This document shows, piece after piece, positions 47,221-59,463 of a stretch of DNA of 64,000 bases. Origin of the DNA: Macrostomum hystrix (taxonomy: Eukaryota; Animalia; Platyhelminthes); assembly GCA_950097015.1 (NCBI GenBank), contig CATNEN010000030.1, forward strand, positions 2,294,001-2,358,000, given 5' to 3'. The notes beneath the pieces were generated by a model that did not search any database, was not told where the DNA came from, and saw only the letters and a program-made list of their open reading frames with translations. Each line of letters starts with the position of its first letter. Position 1 is the first letter of the stretch. A program made the position numbers and the translations under genes.

Positions 47221-47404
47221 TCCGCATTACTACCCCAATATCCTCATTTCTACACTCAAATCCATATTTCTACCCCAGTATCCTTTTTTCTACTCTCAAA
47301 TCCATATTTCTACCCAAATATCCTCATTTCTACTCCAAGACCCTCAGCAGTCTGTGGCCTCCTAAATCACCAAATAGCGCGTTCACATTTCCAGTCCTGG
47401 AACC

Positions 47405-50400
47405 ATGCAGTCTGGTTCAAACGGCTACGAACAGTCGCAGTTTCGCCATCTTGACACTGACACAATGGACAACGACGGCGTTGAATGCGACTGCGACTTT
47501 GCCAAGATCTATCGGGCTGTACGCTGCGGCCGACTCGGCTCCCAAGTCTGGTCCGAGGCTGAGCTGCTGGCCCTGGCGCCTCTCCTGTCTTGGCACAGGG
47601 ATCGTATCGACCTGGCCCGCCTGTTGTCCACCTGCAGGCCCGGCGCCAACAGTCTGCACTTTGGTCACGTGCTCGATTTCGCCAATGCGCTGCACTATAG
47701 CGTTGATTTTGGCGCTCTCGGACACGACGCGCGCGTTGATTTGCAGCAGAGAATTGTAGACAAAGGCGGCCTGATTGGCGATTTCACCTCGGTTGTGTGG
47801 CCTACGGCTGCCACCAGCGGAGAATTCGAAAGCTGCGATCGGCCAGATCAGCAGGCCAGGATGCTGCTCAGGTAAGGCTGCTGTATTTAAATTGCCGATT
47901 TAGTGTGAAACTTTAAACCCGTAACATTTTGGTGTCTGATCATATCCGCAGAGACATTCTATTAGCGGTTCGAACTGCTGAAGCTCACGGATTTTCTAAT
48001 AGTGGCGCGTCCACCTCGTCCAGCGTCGGCGAATCGACCGACGACAGTCAGGCTGTCGCCGAGCTCGCCGACTCTGAGCTGCTTTTCCACCACTGTCTGG
48101 CAACCCTTATCGCAGTGGCTCACCGCCTGCCCGACCTCCTTCCACCGGACCGCCTCCTGCCTGGCCTTCTGCGACTCCGGCGCGGCCGACGACTACTTCA
48201 GCATGTCGCCGCCATTCAGCCGCACGCCTGGCGTCGTCTAACACGCCAGCTGCTGGCCATTGGTCCAGGCCGGCCTATCCAATGGGCGCTGGCCTTGGCC
48301 GAATTTGATCCTGGCCAATCTGATTGGCTAGCCGAGATGTGCTTAGCTGAGCGGCGCCATCCTGAGCTCCTGGCCGGCCTGCTCAGTCGGGCCAGCCCGC
48401 AGGCCAGACCGGCCTCTCTAAGGCGATTATTAATGCACGAATCGACGGACACTAGAGCCTGGTTTCTGGCCGCTGTCACCGCGAGTTCGACTGGCAGTAC
48501 AACTGGCCGGAATCGGCAGCAGCATCAGCCATCAGCAGCTGGCACCGCATTCTTAGCGGCCTGCCGCCCGGACCTTCTAGTCGAGCTGCGTTCCGTTGCC
48601 TCAGCCAGCGCCATCGCTGCCTCCGTAGCGGCTTCCACCCTGGCTAGCCAGCTAGTGAAATTGTACGCCGCTTTGTATTGCCACGCGCCAAGCCATCCGG
48701 CGCTGACTGAGCCGGAGCTGGCCGCCCTTGCCGAGCTCCTGACTTCGGCCGGGCCGGACGCGCCCGGCAGTCTCACAGCCGTCTGCGTCGCCTTCGCACT
48801 AATCGCCTACACGGCATTTAACGAGGCCCAACAGGTTCGACTTCTGGCCTGGCTGCGTCGGCTAGTAAGGGAGCCCGGCCGGCCAGACTGTCGCTATAAG
48901 GTCGGTAGCCTTCCGAAAAGTTAAGCTTTTTTCGTACTTTAATGCACCTCTAGCCACCTGTGTTTCCCGCACCTGTGCCACCTCAGGAGGTGCTGTTACT
49001 GTGCGCCAGTCACCTGCATGCCAGACAGCAGGGCCAGGCCTGCGAGCTGCTAGACAGTCAGCTGGGCTTGCGCCAGGCTGCCAAGCGCGCCCAGTATCAT
49101 CATCAGCCACAGCAACAGCACTTGCCTCAGCTTCAGGCACCGCAGCAGCAGTTACTGCAGCTGGCCCCAGCCCTAGTGAAAGTGTTCCTAGCAGATGTGC
49201 TTCCAGAGTCCGCAGTTGCGGCTCATGCTGTTCGTGTGGACGTAACTCCCGGCCTGACCTCGGCTACAGAAGGTTACGTGCCTGTGCATTGCGTTCTGCA
49301 GCTCTTGCAGATGCGGTCCTTTGCCAAGTACAAGGTGAGAAACTGATTAGATAAATCAGTGGAGATCACATGACATGACACTGTACACAGCCCCCAAGCC
49401 TTGTCTCCACGGCTGCACCAAAAAACGTTTCCCGCCGTCGAATCAAGCCCATGGACTTTTGCGCGAGAGGCAAACGCGATAGACCGCTATGCCACTCAAT
49501 CCCCAATGGCAGGGTGAAATTACAGGAATTTTAGCTGATTCTATCTGATCTTCCTCCCAATAGAAGAGTGAAGTTTGTGTACTAAGCTGTTGACCAGCTT
49601 CAAAGGCACTAATTTGCGATTTCCCTCCGCATTGGCTAGGCTGATGTCACCGGCTGGGTGCTGCGCCAGATCAAAGAGTGCCGCGCCCCGCTGAACTCAG
49701 TAATGCCAACCCTGATCGAAGCGTTCGCCAAATCCGTTGTGCAGCCTCACGACAAATGGAGCGCACCTGCCTACGAGGCTATTAGACAGTCGGACATACT
49801 GGAGTTCTTCACCCCCTCCGCCTGCGGACCGGCAGCCGCCTGCGCTCCGATTCGTAGTTTCCATGACAACCAAGGTGCTTTAAATAAACTAGGCAATACA
49901 GAACAGTCAGAGCGCGATCTGACACCGCAGCTACTGATTCTGCACTATGTGCTCTGCTATGTGGATTGCCTTTTTGAGTCTAGGCAGGAGATCTCTTGTA
50001 CCGGCCGCTCTGTGCATCGCTACGACGCTAATCTGTTGTCGCGAATCCCAGTTAGTTACCTGCTGAGGCATTGCCGACGCCGACCGGAGCACTATCGGGT
50101 GCTCTATCCGCTGCTAGTGCGTCTGCTGCTGCTCAGAATGCCGCATCTGCTTCTAACCGAGCTGCCGATTCAGGTGAAGCAACTTACTCGTATATATTTC
50201 AGATCCTAAAATTTTTCTAAACTCGCCTATAATCTATATATCCCCAGAAATCCCAAGATCTGTCTAGAATCTAATCTCCATAAATCTCTAAGTACGTTAA
50301 AAATAAGAATCCCCGTATTTTCTGAAATCCAGAACACAATTCTCAAACTCTGTCTGGAATCCCAAGAAATCAATAAAACCGTATAAAAATTAATTCCCCA

Positions 50401-53400
50401 GAAATTACTAAAACCGTGGATTTTGTGAAGCTTCAGAGCAATTTAATGAATTTGTATTTGTAGACGAGGGCTTTCAGACAAAAAGTATTACGCGATGCAT
50501 TAATAAAGGTGAAAGTACGATATAACAAGCTTTCCGCGGCACTTCCCCAAAGGACTTGGTCATTCCAAAAAACGGCAAGAAAACGAAAAAAAGAACTGCA
50601 TTAAGTGACAACAAACGAACTAAGAGCACTAAGAACTAAAAAGAGAAAAAACTAAAAAAACAAAGACCTGCGAGTTATTGGACACAAAAATTACACAACG
50701 CAAATTGAACTGCGAGTAATGCATGTTAGATCCTCCACCGAGACCACCACCAAATAAGAGAAAATGATATAAAATGTGAATACGGAATTGCTTGCAACTC
50801 GAAAAATGTAACGATTAAGATTGTCTGTTGCAACGACAGCGAAATAAACTTCTCTGCAGAACATGACCCGCAGCTTTTTGAGGCCTGCGTTTAAGGATGG
50901 AATACCAGTTGATTCACTTCGAAGCGCAAAAGTTCTACTGAAGTTCTTCTGGCAGCTGAGCAAAAGGTTCTGGTATTGTCGCTGGCAATTGATGGAATGC
51001 CTCTGCGAGCTACGAAACGACGCAGGGCATGCAGGAATTAATAGCTTTCCATGCCAGCCACGAGGTCGAGATGCACGGCCCGAGTCGCCGAGCATGTGGA
51101 GATTAGTATGTAGGACTTTGCAGCGCTGGCATCCTTCTCCGTCCGATAATTGATCGGACCTGCATAGTCCATTTTGGACAGTCCCATTTTTCGAAAGGCG
51201 CGGACGTCGGAAAATCGGAAAGGGGGGTAGTGATGTACCTGACCAGGCTTTTAATACACAATAGTACTCCCGAATCTTGCTCAGAGTGGCAGGTACTCCC
51301 TCGTGGAATACGGCGTCGTGACAATGTCGAATGATCATAGTTTCAATATGAGCTTTGATAAGAATTAGCACGGATGATTTTTCTGAAATTAAACTACGTC
51401 TCTAAGTGGACCTCAGGAGCGGACAGGTCCATCATTGTCCAGAAATAGCTGCGGGTTCCAAATTTGAGGCGTAGGCGAACCAGCGCCAGCGCCTTGAAGA
51501 TGTTTGATTTCTGGACCCAAACGATAGGCCTGGAGAGCCCGAACCAATGTGACTTCGTCTTCCTGAACTTCCATCGCAGATCGCCAGATCAGCGCGGCCT
51601 GATCGCCAAGTGAACCAGTCGCAGTTCGATGGCGCAAGTTGTTTACAAAGCGCAGAGTCAATTAACTAACAGTCAACTAACAGATAACGCGAATCAATTA
51701 AGTCCAAAAATAGAACCGTTAGACGTCCAAAATGTTTAGAACTGATAAGTCAACCGAGGGCGCCATGTTGCAAAACTTAGGAGTAAAATATTGAATTATT
51801 CTTAAAATGCGACACGGATAACTGACGACAGAAAAGGAAACGAGGTGCACGAGCCAAAGCCCTAACTCATAATATATAGTTGGTCGGTCCACCAACTCGA
51901 CAAAAATTCGTGCAGAACACAACAGTGCGCTGCTGCTTCATGCCTTTTCCACAGTCGAAGTCAGCTGAAAGTCAGCTACTTAATGCAAGTTATCCAGGGC
52001 AGAATCAAGCTTGCCCAGTATACTAAAATTCTCAACTTAATTCCTAAATTCCCAATTCTCAAGATTCCCTATAGTACTCTTAACTGTTGCCATACCTGAT
52101 GAGCATCAATTTGATCCCATTTGTTACTTGCCAAACCCACAGGATGAGCTGGCCTTATCTCAGGACAGCTGCCCGGATGAGCTGCGGCCAGTTCAACTGA
52201 TGCCACCGCCCGGCTCGCCGCCGCCCCGTCCTGGCGACTTTGTCAACAGCGCCGCTGATCTGTCTGGCGGCCACGTCTTGGCTAGCGTTATGACCCAGCT
52301 TAACTGGCTGGCCAATCGCGACTCGGACTTTCTAATACCATACGCCGATTGGCTAGTTCGCCTGCTGAAAGTTTCCACCGCATTGAATGGCCCAGCCAGC
52401 CAGTTAATACAGGAGCGACTCAAGCCGTTGTGGCTTCGACTCTACCAGCTTATGCCGCGCCGATTGGCCTTGGCAACCCTGTCCGCCCTGCGCGGCGTCT
52501 CCGTAACAGAGGAGAGCATAGAAAAGGACCCGGTTGAACAGGTGCCTGTCTTTTCCTTGCTGTAAAACTTTGTTGGGTCTATGTGTTTCAGCAGTACTTA
52601 GTATTCATTATTCTCGTAATTCAAGGAATCTGGATCCCATACAGGTTTAAAGATTTCTAGGGATCTGGATCCCATATAGGTTTAAAGATTTCTATGGATC
52701 TGGATCCCATACAGGTTTAAAGATTTCTATGGATCTGGATCCCATACAGGTTTAAAGATTTCTATGGATCTGGATCCCATACAGGTTTAAAGATTTCTAG
52801 GGATCTGGATCCCGTACAGGTTTAAAGATTTCTATGGATCTGGATCCCGTACAGGTTTAAAGATTTCTATGGATCTGGATCCCATACAGGTTTAAAGATT
52901 TCTATGGATCTGGATCCCATACAGGTTTAAAGATTTCTATGGATCTGGATCCCGTACAGGTTTAAAGATTTCTATGGATCTGGATCCCGTACAGGTTTAA
53001 AGATTTCTATGGATCTGGATCCCGTACAGGTTTAAAGATTTCTATGGATCTGGATCCAGTACAGGTTTAAAGATTTCTAGGGATCTGGATCCCGTACAGG
53101 TTTAAAGATTTCTATGGATCTGGATCCCATACAGGTTTAAAGATTTCTATGGATCTGGATCCCGTACAGGTTTAAAGATTTCTATGGATCTGGATCCCGT
53201 ACAAGGTTTAAAGATTTCTATGGATCTGGATCCCGTTCAGGTTTAAAGATTTCTATGGATCTGGATCCCGTACAGGTTTAAAGATTTCTATGGATCTGGA
53301 TCCAGTACAGGTTTAAAGATTTCTAGGGATCTGGATCCCATATAGGTTTAAAGATTTCTATGGATCTGGATCCCATTCAGGTTTAAAGATTTCTAGGGAT

Positions 53401-55477
53401 CTGGATCCCGTACAGGTTTAAAGATTTCTATGGATCTGGATCCCGTACAGGTTTAAAGATTTCTATGGATCTGGATCCCGTACAGGTTTAAAGATTTCTA
53501 TGGATCTGGATCCCGTACAGGTTTAAAGATTTCTATGGATCTGGATCCCGTACAAGGTTTAAAGATTTCTATGGATCTGGATCCCGTACAGGTTTAGAGA
53601 TTTCTAGGGATCTGGATCCCGTACAGGTTTAGAGATTTCTAGGGATCTGGATCCCATACAGGTTTAGAGATTTCTAGGGATCTGGATCCCATACAGGTTT
53701 AGAGATTTCTAGGGATCTGGATCCCATACAGGTTTAGAGATTTCTAGCTGTATGTTGGGAATTCGGGGGATCTGGATGTTTGACATTAGGGATTTCAAGG
53801 TAGATTCTTGGTAAATTTCGTGAATCGGATCCATTTGAACACTACACTTGTACAGTAATCTTATCAGACGCAGCTGTTACGCGCCGTAGGTGGTCGCCGC
53901 TCTGCCCGACTGCGTCTATCGCCAGCCAGCCCTGCTGGAACTCTGCCTGCGCATCATTGAACTGTCTCTGCGTGCCTCCGACTCTTACTGGGACCGGCAG
54001 ATTGCTCTGGCCTGTCTAGATGGCCGGCAGCCAGTAGACCAGCCGGCCTCTCATCATCATCACCAGCAGCAGCCGCCGCAACCTCAGCAGCAGCAGCAGC
54101 AGACTCAGCAACAGCAGCAACAGTTGCTACTACATCCGGACAAGGGCTCGCCTTGCCAGCCACTCAGACGAAGCCTATTGGTCACCCAGGCGGCCTGCAC
54201 TGTCCAATTGCTGCTTGAGCGCTGCCTGGACTCCCCTAGACACATTAGACGAATCCTGGCCACGTTTATTCACTCGCTGTTTATATCAGATCGGGAGCGA
54301 GCCCTGTGCCAAGTGGTGCACTGGCAGTGCTACCCACTGCGTCTGGTGCCATTCGCAGCCAGTGCCATTCCCTCAATGCACATCTGTCTGGACTTTATTC
54401 TGGACCATCTGGCCTTCAACGCTGATCCGGCTGCGCGCATTTTCAATATTAATCTGATGGGTTTTTTAGCCGGCCAGTATCGGATACAGGCTGCCCTAGA
54501 TAAGGCGGCCACTGTGCTGGAGAGCCTCACGGTGCTGTCCAATCAGGTTGGTCATTCGAGAGCGGAGAGAAGTAGAGAAAGTGAGCGGAGAGAAGTAGAG
54601 GAAGTGGGCGGAGAGAAGTAGAGAAAGTGAGCGGAGAGAAGTAGAGGAAGTGAGCGGAGAGAAGTAGAGGAAGTGGGTGGAGAGAAGTAGAGAAAGTGAG
54701 CGGAGAGAAGTAGAGATAGTGAGCAGAGAGAAGTAGAGGAAGTGGGCGGAGAGAAGTAAAAGAAGAGAGCGGAGAGAAGTGGATGAGAGCGGAGATAAGG
54801 AATGGATAACAGCGGAGATAAGGAGCGCATGAGAGCGGGGAGGAGAGAATGAGAGCGGAGATAAGGAGCGCATGAGAACGGGGAGGAGAGAATGAGAGCG
54901 GGGAGGAGAGAATGAGAGCGGAGATAAGGAGCGCATGAGAACGGGGAGGAGAGAATGAGAGCGGGGAGGAGAGAATGAGAGCGGGGAGGAGAGAATGAGA
55001 GCGGGGAGGAGAGAATGAGAGCGGGGAGGAGAGAATGAGAGCGGAGATAAGGAGAGGAAAGGAGGTTATAGATTTAGAGAGAAAGAATTAGTAAAGTGAA
55101 GTGAGTAAGGGAAGGTTAAGATAGAAATAATGTTTACTCTCCAGGTCCACTCCCTGGATGAGAAGGCCGACTTTGCCATCCAGTGCATGGCCGCGGTGCT
55201 GAACATGTGCAAAGCTTTCCCTAAGCTGGCCAGGCCGGCATCACAATACCTGCTAGGCCTGATGTGTCAATGCCGCGTCACCCTGGCAACGTTAAAATCA
55301 CCTGTGCCAGTTGAATTTAGCCTACCGGCTGTCACTGTCAAACAATATCGTCGAGATCTGCAACAACTGAGCCTGCCGCAGCGCTATCAGCTGTGCTACG
55401 TGCTGGCCGAGGCCACCCTGGATGCCATTGTGCGGCGCACCCTGGTGCCGCGCACACTGTACTTTCCGCCTGAATGA
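47405..55477 (+). CDS. INTS2: Integrator complex subunit 2, 7 coding exons, ~1228 aa
   Basis: Exons 47405-47871, 47952-48900, 48987-49334, 49640-50173, 52143-52541, 53890-54546, 55145-55477 (3687 nt, phases consistent). Motifs SVDFGALGHDA, GEFES, TPQLLILHYVLCY, LYPLLVRLL, SAIPSMHICLDFI resemble vertebrate INTS2 as recalled, and the length fits. AATAAA at 55506. Confidence 0.92.
49380..49505 (-). mobile_element. SINE family 2 head fragment (INTS2 intron 3)
   Basis: GCCCCCAAGCCTTGTCTCC...GCGAGAGGCAAACGCGATAGACCGCTATGCCACTCA matches 18905-19040. Confidence 0.75.
50459..51919 (-). mobile_element. BEL/Pao LTR retrotransposon remnant in INTS2 intron 4
   Basis: Integrase core MDYAGPINY..KSYILISTCSATRAVHLDLV..Y*FLHALRRFVARRGIPSIASDNTRTF (with a stop); upstream IIRHCHDAVFHEGVPATLSKIRE and FLDNDGPVRS. 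LTR-like 51919-51766 (TGTTCTGCA..GCAACA) followed by PBS TGGCGCCC; second LTR-like block 50863-50459 (TGTTCTGCA..CTACA). Confidence 0.88.
52625..53748. repeat. 35-bp tandem repeat, ~32 copies (INTS2 intron 5)
   Basis: Unit GGATCTGGATCCC(A/G)TACAGGTTTAAAGATTTCTA(T/G). Confidence 0.97.
54560..55065. repeat. Two adjacent purine-rich repeats (~23 bp and ~20 bp) in INTS2 intron 6
   Basis: GAGAGAAGTAGAGGAAGTGAGCG, then GAGAGAATGAGAGCGGGGAG. Confidence 0.9.
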
Positions 55478-55827
55478 GTGATTCCATCTTTGCTTGATTC
55501 AACAAAATAAAGTCCCTTATCTGATCTGTGTAAAGCTAATACTATTTCGAGTAGTTATGTGTGTGTAATTACTTATGAAAACGTTAATATACTCGAAACT
55601 GTTCGCCACTTGGCAAAAAGACAACGCCAATTGAAGCATTTTACTTGTTTTTCTTGTTCAAATTGTTAGTAAAGCTTTTCTACATCTGTCATTAGCTTGT
55701 TCTGTTATCTCTAAATCTCTGCTAGGTGCTTTATATGTTTGCAATTGTTCAACTTATTAAGTTAAATGTATTTTCGTCATTTGAGTTTGCCTTTGTTTTA
55801 TTAACAGTTTTAAATTACAAACTTAAA

Positions 55828-56290
55828 ACCAGCTGTCTCCCCATCCCCAACCAGCTGTCTCCCCATTCTAAAACCAATTGTCTTCGCATCCCTAACCAGC
55901 TGCTGTCTCCCCATTCTAAAACCAATTGTCTCCGCATCCCTAACCAGCTGCTGTCTCCCCATCCCCAACCAGCTGTCTCCCCATCCCCAACCAGCTGTCT
56001 CCCCATTCTAAAACCAATTGTCTCCGCATCCCTAACCAGCTGCTGTCTCCCCATCCCCAAACAGCTGTCTCCCCATTCTGAAAAGCTGTCTCCCATCCCA
56101 AACAGCTATCTCACCATCCCGTACCAGCAGTCTCCTCATCCCGACTAGCTGTCTCCCCATCCCCAACGAGCTGTCTCCTTATCCCCAAAGAGCTGTCTCC
56201 CCATCCCCAACCGGCTGTCTCCCCATCTCCAACCAGCTGTCTCCCCATCCCCAGCCAGTTGTCTCCCCATCCCCAACCGGCAGTCTCCCG
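55828..56290. repeat. ~22-bp repeat between INTS2 and PRPF6
   Basis: Unit CCAGCTGTCTCCCCATCCCCAA and variants. Confidence 0.9.
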
Positions 56291-56349
56291 ATTCGCAAGC
56301 TAACCAGCCCCGGTGTCAAGCCTAACCAATCTGTATTGCTGTGTTGCAG

Positions 56350-59300
56350 TCGGCCCCTCAGTCTTTGGTGTCGCGCAAGCGGCGCGAATTCATCGGCATG
56401 CCGGCGCCGCCCGGCTACGTGCCCGGCTTCGGCCGCGGCGCTACCGGCTTCACTACCCGGTCGGACATTGGGCCGGCGCGCGAGGCCGACGACGCGCCGG
56501 ACGAGCGACACCTGCCGCCGGCCAAGAAGTCGGCCAGGGGCGGCGCCGGCGAGGACGAGGAGAAGGGCGAAGAGGAGGAAAATTTGAATGACGCCAATTA
56601 TGACGAGTTCAGCGGCTACGGCGGCTCCTTGTGCACCAGAGATCCCTACGAGAAGGACGACGAGGAGGCCGATCGGATCTACTCCAGCGTGGACGATCGC
56701 ATGGACGAGCGCCGCAAGGAGCATCGCGAGCGTCGGTTTCGCGAGGAGATGGAAAAGTTTCGCAAGGAGCGGCCAAAGATTCAGCAACAGTTTGTTGATC
56801 TGAAGCGCGACCTGGCGCTGGTGTCGGAGGATGAATGGCTGTCCCTGCCGGAGGTTGGCGACGCGCGCAACAAAAAGCAGAGAAATCCTCGCGCCGAGAA
56901 GTTCACGCCGGCGCCGGACTCACTGCTGGCTAGGGGCCTGTCGGCCGGCCAGTCTACGGCCCAGGTAGATCTGCGGGAACAGCTCCAAGGCGGCATCGCC
57001 ACGCCATGGGGCGGCGCCAGCACCAGCGTCAGCGCCGGGGCCGCCGTCGACATCGATATGAAGAAGATCGGTCAGGCGCGCACCTCTTTAATGGACATCA
57101 AGCTGACTCAGGCGGCTGACTCTGTCACTGGCCAGACTGTGGTGGATCCTATGGGCTACCTGACCGATCTAAATTCTGTCATACCGCAGCATGGCGCCGA
57201 TATTAACGATGTTAAGAAGGCCAGGCTGCTGTTGAAGTCGGTGCGCGAAAGCAATTTGAAGCATCCGCCAGCTTGGATCGCCTCGGCTAGGCTGGAAGAG
57301 CTGACTGGCAAGATGCAGGAGGCCAGGAATCTTATATTGCGCGGCGCCGAAGAGTGTCCCAGGTGAGTAAAAATGATAACGCGAGTCAATTCTGTTTGTC
57401 CTACTGCTAGTAGAGTAGTTGGCGTATTATAAAACGTACGTACCTACCTACCTACCTACCTACCTACCTACCTACCTACCTACCTACTTACCTACCTACC
57501 TACTTACCTACCTGAGCCATTAAGTCAAGTGCCAGATAACAGCAGCAACATGACTTTCCCCTCATCTCCCCACAGATCGGAGGACATCTGGATGGAGGCT
57601 TCCCGCCTAATCCCAGCCGACCAGGCCCGGGCAGTGGTGGCGCAGGGCATCGGCCACCTGCCCCAGTCTGTCCGGCTGTGGGTGCGCGCCGCCGAACTCG
57701 AAACTGAATCCAAGCGCAAGCGTCGAGTATTTCGCAAAGCCCTGGAACAGGTGCCCAGCTCTGTGCGCCTTTGGAAGCTGGCCGTCGAATTGGAAGAGCC
57801 GGAGGACGCCAGGGTGATGCTTCGCCGAGCTGTGGAATGCTGCCCAACCAGCGTTGACCTGTGGCTGGCCCTGGCCAAACTGGAGACCTATGAGACAGCC
57901 AGGAGTGTGCTCAACCAGGCGCGCGACAATGTACCCACTGATCGGCTAATCTGGATTACAGCCGCCAAGCTTGAAGAGGCCCACAAGAATGTTGGCATGG
58001 TGGGCAAGATTATCGATCGGGCTGTCACCGCTCTGCAGGTGGCCGGTGTTGAAATCAACAGAGACATGTGGCTGAAGGATGCCGAAGAGTGCGAATCCGG
58101 TGGCTCTGTTGAGACAGCCAGGGCTATTGTGCGCACCGTAGTTGGTCACGGCATAGACGAACAGGATCGCAAGCGTCAGTGGCTGTCAGACGCCGAAGGA
58201 TTCACAGCCAGGGAGGCTTACGAATGCGCCAGGGCGGTCTACGCCAAGCTCATCGCCGCTTTCCCGGCCAAGAAGTCGGTCTGGCTGGCGGCGGCGCACT
58301 TCGAAAAGAATCACGGCAGTCGAGAGGCTCTCGAAGCTCTGCTGGTGAACGCCGTGGCCAAATGTCCGACAGCCGAGGCCCTCTGGCTGATGGGCGCCAA
58401 GTCCAAATGGTTGGCCGACGACATCGACGGAGCTCGCTTCATTCTGGCCAACGCTTTCAAAGCCAATCCGAACTCCGAGGAGATCTGGCTGGCCGCTGTC
58501 CGGCTCGAGAGCGAGAACAACGACTACGAGAGAGCCAGGCGGCTGCTGCTGCGGGCCCGCAACCAGGCTGCCACAGCTCGGGTCTGGATGAAATCTGCCC
58601 GCCTAGAATGGTGCCTGGGCGATCTGAGCCAAGCCAAAGCCATCCTGTCCGAGGGCCTGAAAGCCTATCCCCAGTTTGACAAGCTCTGGATGATGTCCGG
58701 CCAGATTGCCGAACAGGAGGGCAACACTGAAGCGGCCAGGGCCGCCTATAACGAGGGCATTCAGCGCTGCCGCCAGTCTGTGCCGCTGTGGCTGCTGCTG
58801 GCTAGACTGGAGCTTAACCAAGGCCAGGTTAGTCTGCCCACCTACAAACCCCTGTCTGCCCACCAACAATCAGTGCAATTTTTTATTCATTAAAAATTAT
58901 CCCATAATCAGGCCACTCGCGCGCGCAGCATCCTGGAGAGGGCTCGAGTCAACAATCCGCGAGTGCCGGAGCTCTGGCTGGAGGCGGTGCGCACCGAGCT
59001 GAAGGCCGGACAGCCGCAGATGGCTGCGGCCACAATGTCACGCGCCTTGCAGCAATGCCCAACAGCCGGCCAGCTGTGGGCTGAGGCAATCTTTATGGAG
59101 GCCAGGCCGCAGAGGCGCACCAAATCTGTTGACGCTATGAAAAAGTGCGAACACGATCCGCACGTGCTGCTGGCCGTTGCTCGCCTATTCTGGTGCGAGC
59201 GCCAGATAAGCAAGGCTCGCGATTGGTTCCAGAAGACTGTGAAGCTGGACAGTGACTTTGGCGACGCGTGGGCCAATTGGCGCCGATTTGAATTGCAGCA

Positions 59301-59463
59301 CGGCACCGAGGATCAGCAGAGGCGGGTGGCCGCCCTGTGCGAAGCTGCCGAGCCGAGGCACGGAGAGCTTTGGTGCTCAATTAGCAAACTGGCCTGCAAT
59401 TGGCGCCTGAGAACGGCTAAGCTGCTGGACCTGGTGGCTGAGAAAGTGCCCACACCTGTCTGA
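56350..59463 (+). CDS. PRPF6: Pre-mRNA processing factor 6 (U5-102K, Prp6), 3 genomic coding exons; start codon not located
   Basis: Exons 56350-57362, 57576-58827, 58912-59463 (2817 nt). [73 protein letters not shown], many HAT repeats, DFGDAWA. Acceptor GTGTTGCAG ends at 56349. Confidence 0.98.
57438..57512. repeat. (CTAC)n microsatellite in PRPF6 intron
   Basis: TACCTACCTACC... about 18 units. Confidence 0.95.

Noticed and set aside
47417-59380. Numerous antisense or alternative-frame ORFs over INTS2 and PRPF6 (similar ones occur over MCM2)
   Set aside because: They are shadow ORFs of GC-rich exons, with no independent starts, splice signals or motifs.
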